The notes below the pieces were generated by a model. The model searched no databases, was not told the origin of the DNA, and worked only from the letters and a program-made list of their open reading frames with translations. Positions 1 to 7,838 of a DNA stretch of 64,000 nucleotides are shown one piece after another. The position numbers were made by a program, and so were the translations under genes. The stretch lies in assembly GCA_964547425.1 (NCBI GenBank), contig CAZJNH010000001.1, positions 5,295 through 69,294 of the forward strand, in the 5' to 3' direction. This DNA comes from an uncultured Candidatus Saccharibacteria bacterium (GTDB lineage Bacteria > Patescibacteriota > Saccharimonadia > UBA4664 > CAZJNH01). Numbering within the stretch: position 1 is the first letter of the stretch; every line of letters starts with the position of its first letter.

Positions 1-159
1 TGGTTCTTGGCTACCTAAGCCTTCTGCCAGTACGACCGTTTTTGGGTGTAAGTCATTCGCGGTGTGATAATACTTATAACCCAAAAAGGCGGCCAGAGCG
101 GCCAGCCCAAGAATCAGAACTTTTACTTTAAGCACTTTTTGTTTTGCGGTCAGTTTCAA
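1..159 (-). CDS. hypothetical secreted/membrane protein, N-terminal part only (continues beyond the window start)
   Basis: Minus-strand frame is open to the window edge. Candidate TTG start at 159 sits 6 nt after an AGGAA. The N-terminus is hydrophobic and signal-like (LKVKVLILGLAALAAFLGY). Not in the ORF track because it is truncated. Confidence 0.3.
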   Translation of the reverse strand, partial: MKLTAKQKVLKVKVLILGLAALAAFLGYKYYHTANDLHPKTVVLAEGLGSQEP

Positions 160-771
160 AATAATTCCTTAATTTACATTCAAATTATAGCATAACCACT
201 TTGCAGCACAGAGAAAGCGGAGCGCGTCGCTCTCCTCAACTAGAACCTTATATTTGATCCTAACAGCCGCCAGTAGAAAGCAAAGATAGTTACAGCCACC
301 AGTAACGCGATTAGCCAAATCACCCGGTTTGTTACTTCAAACCTTTTCTTCATACATAAGATTATCTGACCGGATCAGACAAGCGTCAATAACCATAACG
401 ACTTTGCTTACATTTTTTCTGTAATTTGAGTCAAATTTTTCAGAAAACATGTATTTCGCTAACCTGTTAAGGGTTACACCCTTATCGGTGTCTGCTCCGA
501 AACAAATAAAGACCCGAGTAAGGGTGGTGGTGGTCCCCGCGTACTCAGGTCTTTATCATGCCCTTCAATCGCTTCCGCCCGAAGCGGACTGGTCGATCTC
601 TATTTGGGAGGTCGGGTCGCCTTGGGCGACAGGATTGAAGGGACTGATCCGCCTGTACCGAGCCTAAAGGAGGGTGCGTTTAGGACAGTTCCAGGCGAAT
701 CAGTAAGAAAAATATTGTAAAAGCGTCTCTCGAAGTGCTACGATGACCAAAGTTAACACATTTTGTGAATT

Positions 772-1635
772 ATGTCAACGCGTATTATGCAATTTACCGA
801 ACTAAATCGTCAATCTGACAACTACCCAGCGTTGCTCAGGGAGATTCATCAAGCGCCAAAACAACTGTTTGTAGATGGCGAGATTCCTCTAGATCAGATG
901 GTCTCGATCGTTGGCACGCGCCGCCCTACCGCGTATGGAGAGGAAATCACCTACAAGATCGCTTATGATTTAGCCAAAGCTGGGCTTGTGGTCGTTAGTG
1001 GTCTGGCAATCGGTATTGACGCGATCGCTCACCGGGCTGCCTTGGATGCCGGCGGCAAAACCATCGCCGTTTTGGGCTGCGGACTCGACGTCAATAACCC
1101 GGCCGAGAACAAAAGTTTGCGGGACAAGATTCCATCCAGCGGCGCTGTTATTAGTGAATACAAGCTCGGAACACCGGGAATTTACTACAATTATCCAAGG
1201 CGCAACCGGATCGTAGCCGGACTGTCGCGCGCGACTCTAGTGACCGAAGCCAATGCCGTCAGCGGGGCTCTAATTACCGCTGATTTAGCGCTCAACAACG
1301 ACCGGATGGTTATGGCAATCCCGGGAAACACTACCAGCCACCGAAGCGCGGGTCCAAACAATTTGTTGAAAAAAGGAGCGATCCCGATTACCGACTCAAC
1401 CGATGTGCTACTGGCTCTTGGCATTGAAAAAGAAGGTGACCTAAAGACCATCCGCGCTGATAGCCAAGAGGAAGCAGCAATCATCGCTATGCTAAGCAGC
1501 GGCGTTACGACTACCGAAGAAATAATCTTGCGTCTGAAAATGTCGGCCAGCCAGTTCGCTCAAATCATTTCGCTGATGGAGATAGCGGGCAAGGTCAAAA
1601 ACCTGGGTGCCGGACATTGGAGCCTAAGCCGCTAG
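772..1635 (+). CDS. dprA: DNA processing protein DprA (Smf)
   Basis: 287 aa. Rossmann-like DprA core, consistent with the Smf/DprA family: GTRRPTAYG, LVVVSGLAIGIDAIAHRAAL, IAVLGCGLD. Confidence 0.85.
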   Translation: MSTRIMQFTELNRQSDNYPALLREIHQAPKQLFVDGEIPLDQMVSIVGTRRPTAYGEEITYKIAYDLAKAGLVVVSGLAIGIDAIAHRAALDAGGKTIAVLGCGLDVNNPAENKSLRDKIPSSGAVISEYKLGTPGIYYNYPRRNRIVAGLSRATLVTEANAVSGALITADLALNNDRMVMAIPGNTTSHRSAGPNNLLKKGAIPITDSTDVLLALGIEKEGDLKTIRADSQEEAAIIAMLSSGVTTTEEIILRLKMSASQFAQIISLMEIAGKVKNLGAGHWSLSR

Positions 1636-1650
1636 GCTATACTCTTATGT

Positions 1651-2409
1651 ATGGTTACCAAACCCAGCCAGCCTGAGGATAACGCCGAAGAGCAGGCCAA
1701 GGCTTTATTGGCCGAACTTGAGCACCCCACCCCGAACGAGGATGACGGCGCCGATCAGGAGGAGCCAACCCAAGCCGCGAAAACTATGGCGGTCATTGGC
1801 GGAACCGCGAAGCTGCTGTTTAGCTGGCTTATCACTCCGGCCGCGATAGTGCTGATTCTGCATTTTTTCGTGTTCCAGGCTTACCAGGTCGAGGGGACCA
1901 GCATGGTGCCGACCCTGCATAACTCGGATTATTTAGTAATATCCAAGGTCGGCGCATCGCTAGCCAAACTTAAAGGCGGCAACGCCAAGCATAAATACTT
2001 CATTCCTAAACGCGGCGAAATCGTAGTGTTTATTGCCCCGCCCGAACCCGATAAAACCTTCGTTAAACGGGTAGTAGGATTGCCGGGGGAGCGTGTTGTG
2101 GTTAAAGACGGCCGGATAACCGTCTTCAACCTAAAGCACCCGGAGGGCTTCAATCCGGATGCGACCCACGAGGTAAGCGCCCCAATCACGTTAGGGGTCA
2201 ACGACATCGTCGTGCCGCCAGGTGAAATTTTCGTCGTCGGTGATAACCGCCTACCCGACGCTTCCTACGACTCGCGCGCCTGGGGAACGCTACCGGCGGG
2301 CAATATTATCGGGGTCGCCGTTTTGCGGCTGCTGCCAATTCCTGACTTTAGGTTACTCGACATCCCTCTATTGTCGCTGCACCCGACTCTTACGAGGGCG
2401 TTGCAATAA
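1651..2409 (+). CDS. lepB: signal peptidase I
   Basis: TM segment then the S26 boxes (GTSMVPTL, RGEIVVF, KRVVGLPGE, VVGDNRLPDASYDSRAWG). About 45 aa acidic N-terminal extension. Confidence 0.85.
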   Translation: MVTKPSQPEDNAEEQAKALLAELEHPTPNEDDGADQEEPTQAAKTMAVIGGTAKLLFSWLITPAAIVLILHFFVFQAYQVEGTSMVPTLHNSDYLVISKVGASLAKLKGGNAKHKYFIPKRGEIVVFIAPPEPDKTFVKRVVGLPGERVVVKDGRITVFNLKHPEGFNPDATHEVSAPITLGVNDIVVPPGEIFVVGDNRLPDASYDSRAWGTLPAGNIIGVAVLRLLPIPDFRLLDIPLLSLHPTLTRALQ

Positions 2410-2437
2410 AAAGCAAATCGCTTAGCATAAACAAAGC

Positions 2438-4387
2438 ATGGCGAAGAACGTAGTTATCGTTGAGAGTCCGGCGAAGGCCAAGACTATTGAAAGGTATTTA
2501 GGTACCGGCTATAAGGTTTTGGCCAGCTATGGCCATGTCCGGGATCTGCCGAAGAGCCGGCTGGGCATCGACGTCGAGCACAACTACAAACCCGATTACA
2601 TTATTCCGCGCGGTTCCAGCAAACAGCTAAAAGCCCTGACCAACGAGATCGCCAAAGCCTCCGACATTTATCTAGCTACCGACTATGACCGCGAAGGGGA
2701 GGCCATCGCTTGGCATATATTAGAAGCCATCCCGCCCCAGAAAAACCAGAAGGTCCACCGCATCACCTTTACCGAAATTACCAAGGACGCCGTCACCGAC
2801 GCCATCAACCATCCCCGTGACATCAATGAAGACTTAGTCAACGCCCAGCAGGCCCGCCGGGTGCTTGACCGGCTAGTCGGCTACTCTTTAAGCCCGGTTC
2901 TTTGGAAAAAAGTCCGAAGCGGTCTCTCCGCCGGGCGGGTCCAATCGGTCGCGGTTAAGTTGATCGTCGACCGTGAGCGCGAGATCCAGGGTTTTAAGCC
3001 GGAGGAGTATTGGTCTCTCGAGGCCGAGTTAAGCACCTCTAAGAAAGAGCCGTTCGTCGCCAAGCTGGTTAAGATCGACGGTGAAAAAGCTGAACCGATT
3101 GCTAAGGAAACCGCCGAGATGGCCGAAAAGGATTTAAACCAAGCTTCCTTTAAAGTAGCCAATTACGAAACCAAACCGGTTAACCGCAATCCGTTCCCGC
3201 CATTTATCACCAGCTCCATGCAGCAGGACGCATCGCGCCGGCTCGGTTTTACCGCAAGGCGGACAATGCGGGCCGCGCAGTCGCTGTATGAAGACGGCCA
3301 CATTACCTATATGCGTACCGATAGCTACACTATTAGCAATCAGGCCCAGTCCCAAATCCTAGCCCAAATCACCAAACAGTTCGGCAAGCAGTACGCCGAG
3401 GGACGGCAATTCAAAAAAGCTGTCCGCGGCGCGCAGGAGGCCCACGAAGCTATCCGGATCACCAATCCCGCCGCCCAGGCCAAGGATCTAGGTGTCGATG
3501 GCGACCAAGCTAAACTTTACGATCTAATCTGGAAACGTACCTTAGCCAGCCAAATGGCACCGGCCAGATTCATCCGCAAGACCATTGTCGTCGAGGCCGG
3601 GAAGTACGAACTGCGCGCCTCAAATGAAGAGCTTGCGTTCGATGGCTTTACTAAACTCTATCAAGTCGCGACCGACGAAGAAGAAGGGGAGAAGGCTCAA
3701 AAAATTCCTGAAGTTAAACCCAGCGACAAGCTAAACCTCGAGAAACTGCTCAAGGAGCAACATTTTACGACCCCGCCGCCGCGTTACAACGAAGCCAGCT
3801 TAATTAAGAAGCTGGAAGAGGAGGGGATCGGCCGGCCTTCGACCTACGCGCCAACGATTTCGACCATCATCGACCGGGGTTACATCCAGCGTGAAGCTCG
3901 GCAGTTAGTGCCCCAAGACACCGGTTTTTGGGTAACGGATCTGCTCTCGAAGCATTTTCCGGCTGTGGTCAACGAGAAATTTACCGCCGAGATCGAAGAG
4001 GGCCTGGACGACATTGCCGAAGGCAAAACCGAGTGGCAGCCGGTGGTCAAAAACTTTTACGAGCCTCTTAATCAATTAATTAAGACCGAGCAGATCGACA
4101 AGGTCGAGATCCCCGTGATTGAGACCGACGAAATCTGTGACGTCTGCGGCAACAAGATGGTTATTAAAACCGGCCGGTTCGGGCAATTTATGGCCTGCAG
4201 CGGTTTTCCGGCTTGTAAGAATACCAAACCGATCCTAAAGACTATCGGGGTGACCTGTCCGAAGGACGGGGGAGAGTTAATCGAGCGGCGTACCAAGAAG
4301 GGCAGAACCTTTTACGGCTGCTCAAATTACCCGAAATGCGACTACGCCACCTGGACTAAACCCAAAACCCCAGCCGAAACCACATAA
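2438..4387 (+). CDS. topA: DNA topoisomerase I
   Basis: 649 aa. TOPRIM N-terminus (VVIVESPAKAKTI), active-site region (TYMRTDS), C-terminal Cys4 zinc ribbons (CDVCGNKM..C, CPKDGGEL..C). Confidence 0.9.
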   Translation: MAKNVVIVESPAKAKTIERYLGTGYKVLASYGHVRDLPKSRLGIDVEHNYKPDYIIPRGSSKQLKALTNEIAKASDIYLATDYDREGEAIAWHILEAIPPQKNQKVHRITFTEITKDAVTDAINHPRDINEDLVNAQQARRVLDRLVGYSLSPVLWKKVRSGLSAGRVQSVAVKLIVDREREIQGFKPEEYWSLEAELSTSKKEPFVAKLVKIDGEKAEPIAKETAEMAEKDLNQASFKVANYETKPVNRNPFPPFITSSMQQDASRRLGFTARRTMRAAQSLYEDGHITYMRTDSYTISNQAQSQILAQITKQFGKQYAEGRQFKKAVRGAQEAHEAIRITNPAAQAKDLGVDGDQAKLYDLIWKRTLASQMAPARFIRKTIVVEAGKYELRASNEELAFDGFTKLYQVATDEEEGEKAQKIPEVKPSDKLNLEKLLKEQHFTTPPPRYNEASLIKKLEEEGIGRPSTYAPTISTIIDRGYIQREARQLVPQDTGFWVTDLLSKHFPAVVNEKFTAEIEEGLDDIAEGKTEWQPVVKNFYEPLNQLIKTEQIDKVEIPVIETDEICDVCGNKMVIKTGRFGQFMACSGFPACKNTKPILKTIGVTCPKDGGELIERRTKKGRTFYGCSNYPKCDYATWTKPKTPAETT

Positions 4388-4488
4388 CACAAGTCTAAAT
4401 AATTGTGGTTATGCACAAGAACAGGTATAATAATTTGTGAAATTATACTAAAGTCGGTCGTTTAACCTGACCGAAAGGCGTTTTAGTA

Positions 4489-6753
4489 ATGGCAAAAAAA
4501 TCAAAACCGCAGCAAGAGTTCTATGAGCAGCTGATGGCCTGGACCGACCGTACGATTCCGGCTCTTGGTAATTTCGACTATCGCCGGTTCAAAAAAGAAC
4601 TCAGGATGCTTGGCAGCGATATCTGGGGTTTTATCGGCGCTGGACTCGAGGACGTTGGATTCGTAGCCGCCAAAGCCTGGCACAAAATTGCAGCTCTGAA
4701 CCACAAACGCGCCCGGCGGCTAATTATGCTGCTGGGGGTGGTCGGAATTGTCACTCTGTTTGTGGTTGCAACTCTTTTCATTAGCCGAACCTTAGGCGCT
4801 TACTCCGCCGATCTTAATAACCCTCAAGCACTAATGAACCGTAATCGCCAAGGCACCATTATTACCGACCGCCACGGCTCTGTACTGTACCGCACTGAGG
4901 GAGCGGATAATTCTATCCCGGTTAAATTCAAGGCCGTACCAAAGGAATTGATTGATGCTACCCTTGCTGCCGAGGATCCAGACTTTTACCACCACGACGG
5001 CATTAGTATAAAAGGTACCGCCAGGGCAGTTTGGGCCGACGTGACTCATGGCCAAAAGGCCGAGGGGGGTTCAACGCTAGCTCAACAATTGGTCAAAACC
5101 ACCTTGCTCTCACCGGAAAAAAGCTTCACCCGCAAATTTAAAGAAATGGTTCTAGCGGTGATGCTGGAACGGCACTACACCAAAGACCAGGTCCTGGAAC
5201 TTTACTTCAACGGGGTCTACTACGGCCAAGGCTCAAGAGGAGCCGAAAGAGCGGCTGAAACCTACTTCCATAAAACTCTAAGCAACTTGAGCTTAGGCGA
5301 AGAAGCTATGCTGGCCGGATTGCCGCTTGGCCCGAACCGCTTCGACCCGAACTTTGATCCCGCCGCCGCGAAAGCGCGCCGCGACTACATTCTAGGGCGT
5401 ATGGCCGATCTAAAGTTCATCACAGCCAACGAGGCTTCAGCCGCTAAAAAAGAAAAATTAACGGTTTATCCACAGCAAATCGAGATCAAAGCCCCTCACT
5501 TTGTGTTTTACGTCCTCCAGCAGCTGCGCGACCAATACGGCGAAGACTTTCTGGAGAGGGGCGGCATTACCGTCCGTACCACCCTAGACCTCAAAAAGCA
5601 GCAAATCGGCGAACAGGAGGTGAAAGACCAGATCAGCCGGCTCGGCTACCATCACGTCACCAACGCCGGATTAGTCGCGCTCGACCCTAAAACCGGCGAC
5701 ATCCTGGCGATGGTCGGCAGCGTTGATTTCAACAATCGTCAGTTTGGTAAAGTAAACGTGACTCTCGCTAAGCTCCAGCCAGGTTCTTCCTTTAAGCCTT
5801 TTGTCTACGCCACCGCTTTTAAGGAAGGTTACAACGGCGCCACACTGGTTCAGGACCGGCCAATGAGCGTACCCGACGGCAGCGGCCAAGTCTACCGTCC
5901 GGTAAACTACGACGGCAAATTCCGCGGTCCAGTCTTGCTCCGGCGGGCTCTGGGCAACTCCTTTAATATTCCGGCGCTCAAAGTCATCCAATTAGCCGGC
6001 ATCGAAAACACCATCAAAACCGCGACCGACCTGGGTATCACCACCCTGCAAGACCCCAGCCACTACGGAATCAGCCTGGCCCTCGGTTCGGCGGAGGTCC
6101 GTCCCCTCGACGAAGCCGCCGCGTATGCGACGTTTGCCGAGATGGGCGACAAGGTTACCCCCAAAACCATCCTGCGCATCCACGACCGCTACGGCAAAGA
6201 TATTACGCCCGTCAGTACCAAGGCTACGAACGGTAAATCCGTTCTCGATCCGCGGGTTGCCTATATGATCATCAACATCCTCAGCGATAACTCCGCCCGG
6301 CTAGAGGAATTCGGTCCCAATTCACCGTTAGTGCTATCGCGCCAGGCCTTTGCCAAAACCGGTACTACCAACGACTTCCGCGACAACTTTACCGCCGGCT
6401 CAACCCCGAACCTCACCGCCGTTGTCTGGGTCGGCAACAACGACCACACCCCGATGATCGGCATTAACGGTATCACCGGCGCGGCGCCGATCTGGCACAA
6501 CTTTATGGAGCGCTCACTGGTTGGTATGCCCGTTGAAACCTTCCACCAACCCGACGGCCTGGTTACCCGGACCATCTGCCGCTACGACGGCGGCCTAGCC
6601 CCAAGAGGCCTCGCCGAGCTTTTCCTGCCGGACCACCAGCCAACCAAAACCTGCGGCCAGATCCTGCCAAAGTCAAAATCCAAGCCATCGGACAAAAAAG
6701 CAGGCGCGGCCGACAACCCGGCCGACACCACCAAAAAACACCACGCCCACTAG
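4489..6753 (+). CDS. class A penicillin-binding protein (transglycosylase/transpeptidase, PBP1A-like)
   Basis: GT51 motifs (EDPDFYHHDGIS, GGSTLAQQLVK, RKFKEMVLAVMLER..YFNGVYYG) followed by a transpeptidase domain (SSFKPF, SxN, KTGT). N-terminal TM anchor. Confidence 0.88.
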   Translation: MAKKSKPQQEFYEQLMAWTDRTIPALGNFDYRRFKKELRMLGSDIWGFIGAGLEDVGFVAAKAWHKIAALNHKRARRLIMLLGVVGIVTLFVVATLFISRTLGAYSADLNNPQALMNRNRQGTIITDRHGSVLYRTEGADNSIPVKFKAVPKELIDATLAAEDPDFYHHDGISIKGTARAVWADVTHGQKAEGGSTLAQQLVKTTLLSPEKSFTRKFKEMVLAVMLERHYTKDQVLELYFNGVYYGQGSRGAERAAETYFHKTLSNLSLGEEAMLAGLPLGPNRFDPNFDPAAAKARRDYILGRMADLKFITANEASAAKKEKLTVYPQQIEIKAPHFVFYVLQQLRDQYGEDFLERGGITVRTTLDLKKQQIGEQEVKDQISRLGYHHVTNAGLVALDPKTGDILAMVGSVDFNNRQFGKVNVTLAKLQPGSSFKPFVYATAFKEGYNGATLVQDRPMSVPDGSGQVYRPVNYDGKFRGPVLLRRALGNSFNIPALKVIQLAGIENTIKTATDLGITTLQDPSHYGISLALGSAEVRPLDEAAAYATFAEMGDKVTPKTILRIHDRYGKDITPVSTKATNGKSVLDPRVAYMIINILSDNSARLEEFGPNSPLVLSRQAFAKTGTTNDFRDNFTAGSTPNLTAVVWVGNNDHTPMIGINGITGAAPIWHNFMERSLVGMPVETFHQPDGLVTRTICRYDGGLAPRGLAELFLPDHQPTKTCGQILPKSKSKPSDKKAGAADNPADTTKKHHAH

Positions 6754-6818
6754 CTTGAAGGCTCCTACAATTTATTGTATAATATTGGCTGATTCACTAT
6801 ACTTAAGTATAAGAAGTA

Positions 6819-7838
6819 ATGCCAAATTCCAGTTTCGATTATCAAAAAATCGTTGACTCACTACTAGCCAAGCTGCCAAAGGAGCGTGACCGGGACGTCC
6901 TGGCCCGTCGTTACGGGTTGGGATCTTCGGCTAGTGAAACGCTCGACAAAATCGGCCGCCGCTACGGAGTCACCCGCGAACGAGTCCGCCAAGTTGAACG
7001 GGCAGCCTTAAAACGTTTGGCTGGTGCAACCTCGGGCGAGATGAAGGCCGTCAACCAGCGTTTGGCAGCCGCACTGGCCCGAGAAGGAGGAGTAGCCGAG
7101 CTGTCTGCTTTTTCCGGAAAGCTCGGAGCCGAAACCCCCACCCAAAAATCCCAACTCTACTTTTTGGCGCGGTTGGCACCCGACATCGAGATCATCGACG
7201 AGAACAAAGAACTAGAAACGACTTTATTTGAACGCTCAGCCTTTTCGGCCGCCAAATTAACCGAATTAAGCCGCCAGCTCGCCGAGGCTTTTAAACGCCA
7301 TGGCAAGCCGGCTAGACTTACTGAGATCGCCGCCAAACTGCCCGCGCAACTCAGCCAATCTGCTCTGGGGAACTTAGCCTCCGTCAGCAAGAGCCTATCT
7401 AATTTCGGTCAGCTTTGGGGGCTAAAAACCTGGCCGGCCGTTAACCCTAAAAGCATTAAGGACCGGGCCTATTTGGCTCTGGCCCAACACTCCGAGCCGC
7501 TGCATTTTTCGGCTATCGCCATCCATATCGAAAAAATTACTCCTTCAGGCCGCAAAGTCACCACCCAAGCCGTCCACAACGAACTTATTAAGGACGAACG
7601 CTTTATCTTAATCGGCCGAGGCATTTACGCACTTTCCGATTGGGGCTACACCGCCGGCACTGTGGCTGATATGATTAAAGAAGTTCTGCGCGAGGAGCAG
7701 CCGCTCCATAAAGACGAAATTGTCAGGAGGGTACTTTTGCGGCGTCAGGTGAAGCAGGCAACCATTGCCCTGAACCTTCAGGAAAAAGACCATTTTGAGC
7801 GGGTCGCCAAAGCCACCTACCAGCTAAAGCACACATGA
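6819..7838 (+). CDS. sigma-70 region-4-like HTH protein with an uncharacterised C-terminal domain
   Basis: Residues about 20-70 match sigma-70 region 4.2 (RRYGLG...ETLDKIGRRYGVTRERVRQVERAALKRL). No regions 2 or 3 are recognisable, so the sigma similarity is limited to this segment. ATGA overlap with the downstream ATPase gene. Confidence 0.6.
   Translation: MPNSSFDYQKIVDSLLAKLPKERDRDVLARRYGLGSSASETLDKIGRRYGVTRERVRQVERAALKRLAGATSGEMKAVNQRLAAALAREGGVAELSAFSGKLGAETPTQKSQLYFLARLAPDIEIIDENKELETTLFERSAFSAAKLTELSRQLAEAFKRHGKPARLTEIAAKLPAQLSQSALGNLASVSKSLSNFGQLWGLKTWPAVNPKSIKDRAYLALAQHSEPLHFSAIAIHIEKITPSGRKVTTQAVHNELIKDERFILIGRGIYALSDWGYTAGTVADMIKEVLREEQPLHKDEIVRRVLLRRQVKQATIALNLQEKDHFERVAKATYQLKHT

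Noticed and set aside
449-667. 72-aa plus-strand ORF in the dprA upstream region
   Set aside because: No SD or recognisable motif, and the composition is odd. The stretch contains nested perfect hairpins and is better explained as noncoding, structured sequence.
449-700. Possible tmRNA, RNase P RNA, SRP RNA or 6S RNA
   Set aside because: None of the conserved blocks recalled from memory were found on either strand: the tRNA-like GGTTCGA...CCA end, AGGAAAGTCCGGGC of RNase P, or the GGAA-tetraloop domain IV of SRP. It is treated only as an unclassified structured region.
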